Part shown: positions 17,732 to 26,625 of the stretch, piece by piece
Layout: every line of letters starts with the position of its first letter
Position numbering within the stretch: position 1 is the first letter of the stretch
Assembly: GCA_031426335.1 (NCBI GenBank)
Contig: JANPLC010000168.1
Span: 16,907-80,906 of the forward strand
Direction: 5' to 3'
Length of the DNA stretch: 64,000 bases
Source of the DNA: Planctomycetota bacterium
GTDB lineage: Bacteria > Planctomycetota > UBA11346
The notes under the pieces: model-generated
Databases searched by the model: none
Told to the model about the DNA's origin: nothing
What the model saw: the letters and a program-made list of their open reading frames with translations, nothing else
Position numbers and translations under genes: made by a program

Positions 17732-18415
17732 ATGCCGCGTAAGCCGTCCGACCCGAAGCCGCCCTCAGCTTTCCCTCGGCGCACAGCCCAGGAGCTCGCC
17801 GACGCGTTGGGAGTGCATCGCAACACGATCGCAGCGTGGCGTCATGAGGGAGCGCCAGAGCAGTACGACGAGTGGCAGTGGCGCACCTGGGCAGCTGCTC
17901 AAGCGGCGAACAGCAAGGGCTACGACTGCCCGAAGGACCCTGAGCCGGTTCTGTTCGAGCGGTTGGCCTCTGCACCGATCGGCGACTACCGCGACCGGCT
18001 GGCACGTCACAGCCCAGTGCTCGGTACCGGCGACGCGCCCGACATGCACGTGCCGACAGCAGCAGCGAAGGAGCCCACCGAGCTCACCGACCTCAAACGC
18101 CAAGAACGCGCCGACACGATCATCAAGGAAACCAAGGCGCGCCAGGTGAAGCGCGAAGAGGATGAGAAATGGCACCGCCTGGTGAGCGTCGAGTCCATGC
18201 ACCCACTCCTCGACGCCTGGTTGCTCGCGCTCGATGAGGTCATCTTCGCTGGCCTCGCTGATCTTCCCGACCAGGTCAGCGCGGTACCGGAGGTGAAATC
18301 CGCACTTCGCATGGCGCTCGATCGCCGCCTGCGCGCTGCGCGCGAGCAGCTCGCAGGCGAGCTCGATCTCCGCTTGAAGTCGTACCTCGAAAATCTCGCG
18401 CGGACCGTTGCATGA
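17732..18415 (+). CDS. Terminase small subunit (putative)
   Basis: N-terminal HTH (TAQELADALGVHRNTIAAWRHEG), coiled C-terminus, first gene of the late operon just upstream of TerL. Confidence 0.55.
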   Translation: MPRKPSDPKPPSAFPRRTAQELADALGVHRNTIAAWRHEGAPEQYDEWQWRTWAAAQAANSKGYDCPKDPEPVLFERLASAPIGDYRDRLARHSPVLGTGDAPDMHVPTAAAKEPTELTDLKRQERADTIIKETKARQVKREEDEKWHRLVSVESMHPLLDAWLLALDEVIFAGLADLPDQVSAVPEVKSALRMALDRRLRAAREQLAGELDLRLKSYLENLARTVA

Positions 18416-18618
18416 GAACCCAGCGAAAGATCACTGCCTTCAATCGGATCCGCGGTCGCACCTTCGTCACCTTCGTCAAGTGGGGCCAGGTGACGATGGG
18501 CTCGATGATCGATGAATCGACGTGGAAGGCCGAAGGTAGAGATCCGGCAACCATGCCGGCTCCGCGTTTTCATTACCATCTGTTCGTTGCGTACCGTCCT
18601 GATCGGCAAGGCGACTGA
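18412..18618 (+). CDS. Small hypothetical protein between TerS and TerL
   Basis: ATGA overlap at 18412 and a 1-nt TGATGA-type overlap at 18618; no motif recognised. Confidence 0.35.
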   Translation: MRTQRKITAFNRIRGRTFVTFVKWGQVTMGSMIDESTWKAEGRDPATMPAPRFHYHLFVAYRPDRQGD

Positions 18619-20666
18619 TGATCGCCGGCCCAGCCATCTCCGCGATCGCCAAGTATCTCGCCGATCGGCTGAGACCGGAGCCGCTGCCGCTCACGCCATT
18701 GGAGTTCGCCGCGACGTTGAAGTTCCGTGCTGGCCGCAAGGTCGAACCATACCGCATCGAATCGCACCCGGCACAGCGCTTCTTCCTCGAAGCCTTCGGC
18801 CGCACCGTCAGCGGCGAATCGCGCTACCGCCATTACGTGGTGGTGAAACCCACGCAGGACGGCGGCACCATGGTGACGCAGGCGATCCCGCAGCTCTACG
18901 TCACCACGCAGCTCGGCGACCCGGTCATCGCCGGCAACGCCGACATGCGCCTGAGTTCGCTGCAATGGCAGGACAAGCTGCGCCCGCTGATCGTCGACAG
19001 CGGCCGCGGCAGCGTGCTGCCCACCGAAGGCCCTGGCAGTGAGGGCAGCAGTACTCCCACCAGCGTCAAACTCGCCGGCGTCGCGCTCTACTACCTCGGC
19101 GCCGGCGCCAGCAACGAAGCCGGCCAAGCGATGGTCAGTGGTCGCCTGCTCACGCGCGACGAGCTCGACAGCATGCACCCGTACACCGCGGCGCTGATGA
19201 CCGGCCGTCAGGACAGCTACCCGGACAACTGGATCACCATCGACACCAGCACGGTTAAGCACGACGAAGAATCCCCCATCCTCGAATCACTCGAACGCAG
19301 CACCAACGCGCATCTCGAATTCGCCTGTCCGTTCTGCGGTCGCTTCACGCAATGGCTCTGGAAGCACGTGAAGTGCGATCACGACAACGTCATCAAAGCG
19401 CGCGCGACCATTCACCTGGTGTGCCCGAACACCGCGTGTGCGAAGCCGATCACCGATGTCGAGCGCAAGACCATGCTCACCTTCGAGAACTGCCGCCTGG
19501 TGATGAAGGGCCAGCGCATCAACGAGCACGGCCAGGTCGAAGGCCCCGAACCGGAAACCCTGGTGTGGGGTTTCACCTGGACTGCGCTCGACAGCCCGCG
19601 CATCCCGCTCACGCGCCTGGCGGAGCAGTATGTCGAAGCGATCGAAGCGAAGCGCAACCACGACCACAGCTTCATGCGTCGCTTCTTCCGCGATCGCCTG
19701 TGTCAGGTGTACGTCGAGGAGCTCGACGCCTCGGAGATCAACCCGAAGTCGCTCGCTGGGAAGTCGGAGAAGAGCGACTTCAACAAGCGCCAGGTACCAC
19801 GCTGGGCGACGTTCATGACCCTCGGCCAGGACGTGCAGAAAGATTGCCACTACTGGGTGGTCATGGCGTTCGACGATTCGGGTGAGCATTCGGCGATGAT
19901 TGACTGGGGTTATGAATACGTGTTGCCGGTGGTGAACGGCAAGCCCGACCCGCGCACGCCGACACCGCTCGAACGGTACCAGTGCCTCGATCGCATCGCG
20001 GCCTCTGCCTCCGCCGGTTGGCAGATCGTCGGTACTGATGAGCGCCTCGTGCCGGTGCGCCTCGGCGCCGACGTCGGCTACAACGACATCGATCTCCTGC
20101 CGTGGATCCAGGCGCACCCGCAGTGGCAATCCTGCAAGGGCGTTGGCCGCGATCAGATGGCGAAGATGGACCGCGCCACGCGCGCGGGAAAATCGCTGCT
20201 GCACCCGATCATGCAGGCGCGCCTGCTCGGCGTGCTCGATGTCCGCCAACCCGACACCATGCCGGTGTCGCTGGTCAGTGTGAACGGCCACGCCGTCCGT
20301 CAGCAGCTGCACGCAGCGTTGATGCTGCCCACCGGATCTCCAGGCCAGTGCTGGTTGCCACTCAACCTGCGCAGCAATGACTACCTCCTGCTCCACCTCA
20401 CCAGTGAGATCTGGACCGAGGAGCTGAAGAACGGCAAGCCCACCGGCCTGTGGTACTGGCGCGAGGTCCGCAAAGGGCACAACCACTTGCTCGACTGCGC
20501 GACGTACGCCTACGCCCTGGGGACCTATCACCGCGAAGTGATCAAACTCGCAGAGGTCCTCGCCGTGCAGAACAGCACGCCGGCGCTGCCGGCCCCAAGC
20601 TCGAATAGCTCGCCCAGTCATCGCCCACGCTTCGAACGCCGGCACAGCCGGATGGGACGGCGCTAG
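18618..20666 (+). CDS. Terminase large subunit, GpA (lambda) type
   Basis: 682 aa; N-terminal ATPase region (YVVVKPTQDGGT); zinc-finger-like CPFCGRF...CPNTAC typical of GpA-type terminases; position before the portal gene. Confidence 0.75.
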   Translation: MIAGPAISAIAKYLADRLRPEPLPLTPLEFAATLKFRAGRKVEPYRIESHPAQRFFLEAFGRTVSGESRYRHYVVVKPTQDGGTMVTQAIPQLYVTTQLGDPVIAGNADMRLSSLQWQDKLRPLIVDSGRGSVLPTEGPGSEGSSTPTSVKLAGVALYYLGAGASNEAGQAMVSGRLLTRDELDSMHPYTAALMTGRQDSYPDNWITIDTSTVKHDEESPILESLERSTNAHLEFACPFCGRFTQWLWKHVKCDHDNVIKARATIHLVCPNTACAKPITDVERKTMLTFENCRLVMKGQRINEHGQVEGPEPETLVWGFTWTALDSPRIPLTRLAEQYVEAIEAKRNHDHSFMRRFFRDRLCQVYVEELDASEINPKSLAGKSEKSDFNKRQVPRWATFMTLGQDVQKDCHYWVVMAFDDSGEHSAMIDWGYEYVLPVVNGKPDPRTPTPLERYQCLDRIAASASAGWQIVGTDERLVPVRLGADVGYNDIDLLPWIQAHPQWQSCKGVGRDQMAKMDRATRAGKSLLHPIMQARLLGVLDVRQPDTMPVSLVSVNGHAVRQQLHAALMLPTGSPGQCWLPLNLRSNDYLLLHLTSEIWTEELKNGKPTGLWYWREVRKGHNHLLDCATYAYALGTYHREVIKLAEVLAVQNSTPALPAPSSNSSPSHRPRFERRHSRMGRR

Positions 20667-20669
20667 TTT

Positions 20670-20906
20670 ATGGAAATACTCCGCACGTTATTCCCGCTCA
20701 AATATCCATGCCCACGGTGCAAGGATCTCAAGTGGCGAAAGCGCGGTCACAACAACGGCGGCGGCATCCAATACCGGCAATGCCTGGCCTGCGCCGTGGA
20801 GTTCCGCGTGCTGTGGTCCGCGCGCGAGGTTTTCTTCGGCGATCGCAGCTACATCGTCTCACGCCAGGAAGCGCCACCGCTGTTGCGGTCGGCGATCGGG
20901 GACTAG
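20670..20906 (+). CDS. Small zinc-ribbon protein
   Basis: CPRCKD...CLAC four-Cys ribbon; lower GC than the flanks. Confidence 0.5.
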   Translation: MEILRTLFPLKYPCPRCKDLKWRKRGHNNGGGIQYRQCLACAVEFRVLWSAREVFFGDRSYIVSRQEAPPLLRSAIGD

Positions 20907-20916
20907 AAAGATCACC

Positions 20917-21147
20917 ATGAATAATCTGCAATTTCCGAAGAATGTCGACTGCCCCACGTGTCCAGATTGCCGTTACTATCTCCTGCGATGGACCACTGAA
21001 ACGCTGGAATGCCTGAAGTGCGGTCACATGTGGGACCGCTACCCAAAGCATCAAGTCACAAGAGAGGCTGTGACTCCCGCGCTGGCTACTGCAGCGGAGA
21101 TCGCCACGCGTCATCTAGAGCGGGCAACCCGGCCATTCGGCGACTAA
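20917..21147 (+). CDS. Small zinc-ribbon protein
   Basis: CPTCPDC...CLKCGHMW; lower GC than the flanks. Confidence 0.5.
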   Translation: MNNLQFPKNVDCPTCPDCRYYLLRWTTETLECLKCGHMWDRYPKHQVTREAVTPALATAAEIATRHLERATRPFGD

Positions 21148-21157
21148 GGGAAAAACT

Positions 21158-21370
21158 ATGAAGACTCGCACCACCAAACACAACGCCGCCCGCATCGTCG
21201 CCTGCGTGAATGCGTGCGCGGGGATGAAGGACCCTGATGAGCAATTGGCCGAAGCGCGCGCCCTTGCTCGCATCCTGTGCGATCGGACCATGGGCCGCCC
21301 CGATGAATGGGATTACTCACTGATTTCGGACATGGTCGAAAACCTGCGCAAGGCGCTGGGCGGTCACTAA
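21158..21370 (+). CDS. Hypothetical protein
   Basis: 70-aa ORF followed by a hairpin at 21374-21390. Confidence 0.45.
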   Translation: MKTRTTKHNAARIVACVNACAGMKDPDEQLAEARALARILCDRTMGRPDEWDYSLISDMVENLRKALGGH

Positions 21371-21434
21371 AAAAACGCCCCCAGGGCGTTCTTCCCTTTG
21401 CGTCCCCCACCGCCGGTCCACAGGATCGCCGGCC

Positions 21435-21674
21435 ATGGCCTGGACGAACAGCAACTGGATCACCTTCACCGGGCAGCAGCGCCTCACCGCGCTGCGGCTC
21501 TACATCGTTGAAATCCAGGACGCGATCACCGCCGGCGTCTCATCGGACGGCACCAGCTACAATCCGGCAAACCTGTCGATCATGCTGGCAGATCTCTTGA
21601 AGCGTGAGCACGAGCTCTGCGAGAGCGTCTCAGGCGCCTTGTTCACCGTGCCCACGCGTCGGAGATACGGCTGA
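21435..21674 (+). CDS. Head-tail joining protein, gpW-like (tentative)
   Basis: 79 aa, position between TerL and a lambda-type portal, helical, basic C-terminus RRRYG. Confidence 0.35.
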   Translation: MAWTNSNWITFTGQQRLTALRLYIVEIQDAITAGVSSDGTSYNPANLSIMLADLLKREHELCESVSGALFTVPTRRRYG

Positions 21675-23284
21675 TGTCATCGCCCCGCGCCCAGGCCATC
21701 CGCACCCGTGCGGCCGCCACCAAACCCGGCCAGCAGCAATTCACCTACGGGAGCTACCGCGCTACTGGCCTCGATCGCGCACGCTCGATCAACCGTGACG
21801 GTAGCGGCGATCGCCACGCCGACGACTACTCGCGGCGCCTGGCGCGCGAGCTCGCCCGTGATCAGGATCGCAGCAATGGCATCTACCGCGCGATCATCAC
21901 CACCTTCATCGACCTGGTGGTCGGCGCCGGCGTCATGCCGATTCCCACCAGCAAAGATCCGGAGTGGAACAAGCGCGCGCTTGATTACGTCACCAAGAAA
22001 CTCAACACCGTCGATCTCGAAGGTGTCGACACCTACGGCTCACTGCAGCGCAAGTGGGTGCGCGCCGCGGTGAACGACGGCGATCTCCTGCTCGTGAAGC
22101 TGAGCGACGGGACCAAGCTCAGTACCATCGAAGCCGATCGCATCGCCGGCAAGGCTCCAGCGAACCAGCACGTGCGCGTGCACGGTGGCATCAAATACAA
22201 GACCGCCACCGGCGAACGCATCGAGTACGCCGTCGCTCCCTACGATGGCTCAGGCAATTTCGTGCGGGAAGCCTCCGCCCAATGGTTCCCCGCTGAGCAA
22301 GTCCTGTACTGCGGCACCAGTTCGCGCAAATCGCAGATGCGCAGCCTGCCCGCCCTGGTTGCCGTTCTCGACGACAGCGAACGCGCAGACTCGCTCATCG
22401 AGTCGGAGATCATCAGCGCCGAACAGGCCTCGACCATCTGGGGCTGGATCAAGGACGCCAAGGGCAACACCGCCGGCGGTTCGCTCGATCCGCTGGCGAA
22501 CGCCAACAGCAACGGCACGCCGGCGATCGGTGGCGTGCCTGATTCGGGCGGCAGCGCGATCACCTACCAGGACTTCACCGCCGGTCTGCTCGGCATGCTC
22601 GGCAACCGTGAATTCCAGCAGGCGCAGACCAGCCGTCCGAATTTGAACGTGCCGGAATTCGTGCGCGTGCTGATGCGCATCTTCGCGTCAGAGCTCGGCG
22701 TGCCGGTCGAGATGACGCTGCTCGATGTCGGCCGCATGAGCTGGTCCGGCAACAAGGCGTTGCTCGCCTATTGCGAACAGCGGCTGAAAGTCTGGCGCGG
22801 CTTGTTCGGTCCGCTCTTCTCGGACATCTACAAGTGGATCATCGCCGACGGCATCACGCGTGGCCTGCTGAACGAAGTCGAAGACTGGGACAGCCACGAG
22901 CACGCCTGGCCGAAGGCGCCGGAAGCTGACGGTCCCGACCAGGTCACCACTGACGAAGGCAACCTGCGCATCGGTCGCACCTCGCTGCACCGCCTGGTGG
23001 GCCCAGCCTGGGAAAAGATCCTGCGCGAGCAGGGTCTCGAACAGCGCGTGCGCGATGATGAAAATGTGCTGCGCGTGGTGAATGCCCACTTGTTCATCAA
23101 GAAGGTCAAGGAACAGGATCCTAATCTCGCCGACCTCGAACTGACGTGGCAGCAGGTCGTCACCATGGGCGGCGCAACCTCGGCACCTGGCGCCTACCTC
23201 GGTGCCGCAGCGAAGTCGACCGACCTCGGCCAAGCCGATCCAAACCCTGCTGCACCAAACCCTCCGCCGGCAAAAACGCCCTGA
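21674..23284 (+). CDS. Portal protein, lambda family
   Basis: 536 aa, position after the terminase; N-terminal region resembles the lambda gpB family (IYRAIITTFIDLVVGAGV...LQRKWVRAAVNDGDLL). Confidence 0.7.
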   Translation: MSSPRAQAIRTRAAATKPGQQQFTYGSYRATGLDRARSINRDGSGDRHADDYSRRLARELARDQDRSNGIYRAIITTFIDLVVGAGVMPIPTSKDPEWNKRALDYVTKKLNTVDLEGVDTYGSLQRKWVRAAVNDGDLLLVKLSDGTKLSTIEADRIAGKAPANQHVRVHGGIKYKTATGERIEYAVAPYDGSGNFVREASAQWFPAEQVLYCGTSSRKSQMRSLPALVAVLDDSERADSLIESEIISAEQASTIWGWIKDAKGNTAGGSLDPLANANSNGTPAIGGVPDSGGSAITYQDFTAGLLGMLGNREFQQAQTSRPNLNVPEFVRVLMRIFASELGVPVEMTLLDVGRMSWSGNKALLAYCEQRLKVWRGLFGPLFSDIYKWIIADGITRGLLNEVEDWDSHEHAWPKAPEADGPDQVTTDEGNLRIGRTSLHRLVGPAWEKILREQGLEQRVRDDENVLRVVNAHLFIKKVKEQDPNLADLELTWQQVVTMGGATSAPGAYLGAAAKSTDLGQADPNPAAPNPPPAKTP

Positions 23285-23337
23285 GGGCGTTCCTCCCTTT
23301 GCGCTGTTGAACCCCGTTCCGTAGGACACCAATCACC

Positions 23338-24495
23338 ATGCCAGCCGCTGCCGACACTGATCAGGATACCGTGCACGAAGCGCTGACGCAGCTTCGCCGG
23401 CCGCGTCTGCTCAGCGCGCTGCTCACGGCCGAAGCCGTGGCGAAAGTCAGCGACAAGGGCGAGAAGTCGAAAGCCAATGGCGGCCGCTGGTGCCTGAACG
23501 CCGGTTCGGAAATGACCACCTACGTGTGGGGCCTGAACACCGGCCGCGATGGTTATCCTCAGCCAATCCGCTGCGTGCTCGATCTCGCCCGCACGTCGTT
23601 CGAGACCGCGAAGATCCCGTCGCTCTATGCGCACAGCTCGTGGGCACTGATCGGCAACTGGACCAACCTCGAAGCGGATGATGTCGGTCTCTTCGGCGAT
23701 CAGACCATCTACCTGCCGCAGGATCCCAGCCAGACGCAGATCTTCATGGACTCCATCCGCGTGAAGTCGCTGATGGATCAGGACCATCCCTGGCAGGCCA
23801 GCGTCGGTTGTTATCCCGCCGACGGTCTCGACGGCTACCAGCTCGTTGCCGATGGCAAAGAAATCAAGCTCAACGGTCGCGTGTACGCCGGCGCCGGCGA
23901 GCTGCCGCTCTACGTCATGCGCAAGCCGGTCGTGTTCGAAGCCTCCGTCGTTCTCTGGGGCGCTGACGGCAACACCGGCCGCATCGCCGCTGCGCTCCTC
24001 GATCCCTCCTCACTCCGTGCCGCGCAGATCGCGCCGGCCGTTCCCCCCAAGGATTCCACCATGTCCGACATCAAGCTCGATCGCATCAAAGGCCTCATCG
24101 CCCGTTTCGCCGGCCACGAAGGCCTGGTCGCCACGCTCCTCGCCGCCGGCAAGACCGATGACGAGATCTCCGGCGAGGTCTTCAAGAAACAGGGCGAACA
24201 ACTCGCCGCCGCGAACGGCAAGATCGCCGAACTGCAGGCCGGCAAGCCCGCCGCCCCTGCTGCTGCTCCGGCCGCACCCAGCGCCGCGGTCGTCGCTGCC
24301 GCTGCTGCCGCTCACGCCGCGCCGACGTTCACCCCGCCGACGGTTGGCGCCAAGGGCACCAAGTCCTTCGCCGCCGCGCGCGCGGAAGTGAGCAACGAGA
24401 ATCCCAAGCTCAAAGGCTTGGCGCTCAACGAAGCGGTGTTCGAGAAATATCCCGACCTGCGCGTCGACACCTCGCGCTTCGGCACGGTGGCCTGA
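23338..24495 (+). CDS. Prohead protease/scaffold-like protein (tentative)
   Basis: Position between the portal and decoration/capsid genes; Ala/Pro-rich coiled C-terminal half. Confidence 0.4.
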   Translation: MPAAADTDQDTVHEALTQLRRPRLLSALLTAEAVAKVSDKGEKSKANGGRWCLNAGSEMTTYVWGLNTGRDGYPQPIRCVLDLARTSFETAKIPSLYAHSSWALIGNWTNLEADDVGLFGDQTIYLPQDPSQTQIFMDSIRVKSLMDQDHPWQASVGCYPADGLDGYQLVADGKEIKLNGRVYAGAGELPLYVMRKPVVFEASVVLWGADGNTGRIAAALLDPSSLRAAQIAPAVPPKDSTMSDIKLDRIKGLIARFAGHEGLVATLLAAGKTDDEISGEVFKKQGEQLAAANGKIAELQAGKPAAPAAAPAAPSAAVVAAAAAAHAAPTFTPPTVGAKGTKSFAAARAEVSNENPKLKGLALNEAVFEKYPDLRVDTSRFGTVA

Positions 24496-24550
24496 TCACT
24501 CCTCGCTGACCAGCCACCCCGGCCTGGTCTCCCCATCTCACCTCCAATTT

Positions 24551-24581
24551 CCCGCATGAACGCGGGCAGGGAGTTCTCCTC
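24551..24581 (+). promoter_or_regulatory. Conserved 5'-UTR hairpin + SD element, copy 1
   Basis: CCCGC-ATGAAC-GCGGG then CAGGGAGTTCTCCTC-ATG; same architecture and 15-nt spacing as 24979-25009. Confidence 0.6.
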
Positions 24582-24935
24582 ATGTCAATCCAATACGATT
24601 CCTCGCGCGGCTCGATCCTCGCCACCGTGGCGGTGGTCGCCAACCGCCTGGTGAAGTTCGACGGCAGCTACTGTGCCGTCTCGACCACGCGCGATCACGT
24701 CGGCATCACCCAGGAACCCCAGGCCACCGTCGGCAAGCCGGTGTCGTTGCGCAAACCCGGCTGCAACTTCTCCGACAAGGTCGAAGCGGCCGTCGCCATC
24801 TCGGCTGGTGCCATCATCTACTACGACACCAACGGTCGCGTCGGCACCACCTCTGCTTCGAACACCCGCGTCGGCCGGGCGTTGACCGCCGCCAGTGGCG
24901 CCGGCTCCATCATCGAGGCCTGCTTCGACGGCTGA
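24582..24935 (+). CDS. Head decoration/cement protein (DUF2190-like)
   Basis: 117 aa; ISAGAIIYYDTNGRVGTTSASNTRVGRALTAASGAGSIIEACFDG matches the DUF2190 pattern; lies immediately upstream of the capsid gene. Confidence 0.6.
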   Translation: MSIQYDSSRGSILATVAVVANRLVKFDGSYCAVSTTRDHVGITQEPQATVGKPVSLRKPGCNFSDKVEAAVAISAGAIIYYDTNGRVGTTSASNTRVGRALTAASGAGSIIEACFDG

Positions 24936-24978
24936 TCCCAGCCGTCGCTCTTTTTCTCCTCCATCCACCTTCCGTTTT

Positions 24979-25009
24979 CCCGCACAACAGCGGGCAGGGA
25001 GTTTTTCTC
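24979..25009 (+). promoter_or_regulatory. Conserved 5'-UTR hairpin + SD element, copy 2
   Basis: CCCGC-ACAACA-GCGGG then CAGGGAGTTTTTCTC-ATG. Confidence 0.6.
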
Positions 25010-26029
25010 ATGGCCCTCACCCAAGGCGGTATCGTTCCGCGTATGGACATCGCTCAGGCCGTCATCGAAGAGATGCCGGACCTGGATGCCTTCGCCGCAC
25101 ACCGCGTCTTCCCCGTCATCCCGGTCGGTATCTCAACCGGCCCCATCCCCAAGGTCCTGCGCCGCGCCCGCGTCGAGCGCCTGTACAAACCGAAGTACGG
25201 CCAGTTCCCCATGTCGCAGCTGGTGGTCGATACCGCCGGCACCTTCAACTGTCAGGAGTCGGGCTTCGACGAACCGCTCGACGCCAAGGATCTGGAGATC
25301 CTCGGTGGCATGCGCGGTCCCGACAGCGCGCGCACCATCGCGGCGATGAAGGCCGTGCAGACCGAGCTGCTCGCGCGCGATGTGGCACTCGCCACCAACC
25401 TCATGACCACCACCACCTTCGGCGCTGGTTACAACGCTGCCGGCGTGGCGGTCTGGGGCAGCGGTGCGGACAAGCCGGTCAGCGACATCAGCAGCGCTGC
25501 TGAAGTCGTGCGCAAGGCCTGCGGCAAGCGCGCCAACCGCCTGCTGATCTCCGGCGGCCTGCTGGTCAAGCTGCTCCAGTCGACGCAGCTGCAGAACGTC
25601 CTGCGCGGCATCATGGGCTACACCTCGATCGCTGGCATCAACTTTTTCCAGCAGACCAAGGCGATCGCCATGGCACTCGGCCTGGGTGATGATGGCGACG
25701 TGATCATCGCCGGCGCGGTGAAGGACACCGCGGACGAAGGTCAGACCAAGAGCCTGAGCGATGTGTGGGATGCCACCAAGGCGCTGGTGTTCTACCGTGC
25801 GGAGCCGAACGACTTCGTCTCGCCAGGTCTCGGCCGCACCTTCCTGTGGCAGCAGGGCACCGAGTACCAGCAGCCCGGCATCGCCACCAGCAGCTTCGAT
25901 CCGCTGACTGGCCTGGTGGTCGAACAGGTGTTCGACGTCATGGCGAACATCGAGCGCATGCGCGCCCGTGAATACATCGACATGCTGATCCTGAACAAGG
26001 AAGCCGGCTACCTCGTAACCGGCATCTGA
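25010..26029 (+). CDS. Major capsid protein (lambda gpE-like position and size)
   Basis: 339 aa after the decoration protein; followed by a strong terminator. Confidence 0.6.
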   Translation: MALTQGGIVPRMDIAQAVIEEMPDLDAFAAHRVFPVIPVGISTGPIPKVLRRARVERLYKPKYGQFPMSQLVVDTAGTFNCQESGFDEPLDAKDLEILGGMRGPDSARTIAAMKAVQTELLARDVALATNLMTTTTFGAGYNAAGVAVWGSGADKPVSDISSAAEVVRKACGKRANRLLISGGLLVKLLQSTQLQNVLRGIMGYTSIAGINFFQQTKAIAMALGLGDDGDVIIAGAVKDTADEGQTKSLSDVWDATKALVFYRAEPNDFVSPGLGRTFLWQQGTEYQQPGIATSSFDPLTGLVVEQVFDVMANIERMRAREYIDMLILNKEAGYLVTGI

Positions 26030-26061
26030 TCTGGTTGCAATCTGACGGAGCGTCAGCGCTG

Positions 26062-26092
26062 GCCCCGAGCGTTTCGGGGCACCCCTTTTCTC
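26062..26092 (+). terminator. Rho-independent terminator after the capsid gene
   Basis: GCCCCGA-GCGTT-TCGGGGC followed by ACCCCTTTTCTCC. Confidence 0.6.
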
Positions 26093-26113
26093 CTCCTGCC
26101 TGAAGGCAAACCC

Positions 26114-26497
26114 ATGGATATCCTCATCACGGCAACCGATGCCGTCCTCCACCTCGGCGCCGGCGACGTGCTGACCATCCCGCTGCCCGAGGATCTCACC
26201 GACGAGCAGATCGATGCGCTGGTGAACAACGTCCGCATGGGCGCTTTCGCCAATCATCTCGACGTCAAGATCGGCAAAGAAGGCGACGTGCAGCTCGTCA
26301 CCAAGTACGAGTGCGGTTGCTTCGGCGTCGATCTCAAGAAGGGCGTTGCCGCCCTCGCCTTCGAGGCGCCCGGCAGCACGGCCGAGAAACTCAAGCTCGG
26401 CGATTACATTCGCACCATGGCGCACGCCAACCGCTTCAGCGTCGTGCTGGCGACCACGCCAGTCGCCCCAGTGGTGCCGGCGCCGCTCGCGCCCTGA
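26114..26497 (+). CDS. Hypothetical structural-module protein
   Basis: 127-aa ORF after the capsid terminator. Confidence 0.5.
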   Translation: MDILITATDAVLHLGAGDVLTIPLPEDLTDEQIDALVNNVRMGAFANHLDVKIGKEGDVQLVTKYECGCFGVDLKKGVAALAFEAPGSTAEKLKLGDYIRTMAHANRFSVVLATTPVAPVVPAPLAP

Positions 26498-26561
26498 CCC
26501 TTCGACGCCGTCCGCGCCTGCAAGCTCCTCGGGGTTTGGGTTAGTTCCTTCTACGACAGGC

Positions 26562-26596
26562 GGTGGGCCGTAGTGCCCACCCGGCGTCTTTTTCTT
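26562..26596 (+). terminator. Rho-independent terminator
   Basis: GGTGGGC-CGTAGT-GCCCACC followed by CGGCGTCTTTTTCTT. Confidence 0.6.
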
Positions 26597-26625
26597 GTCG
26601 CCCTCCTTCACCACATGGTGCCCGC

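Noticed and set aside
17105-17742. Track ORFs 17105..17374 and 17263..17742 inside the iteron/cos region.
   Set aside because: Their sequences are direct translations of the 9-bp repeats (IPGIPGIPG, GNTGNTGN). The region is better explained as non-coding ori/regulatory DNA.
23846-24391. The alternative-frame Pro-rich ORF (181 aa) inside the protease/scaffold gene, as a possible overlapping gene.
   Set aside because: It is a low-complexity P/S/A/R translation of a GC-rich Ala-coding stretch, with no start context. It is most likely a frame artefact.
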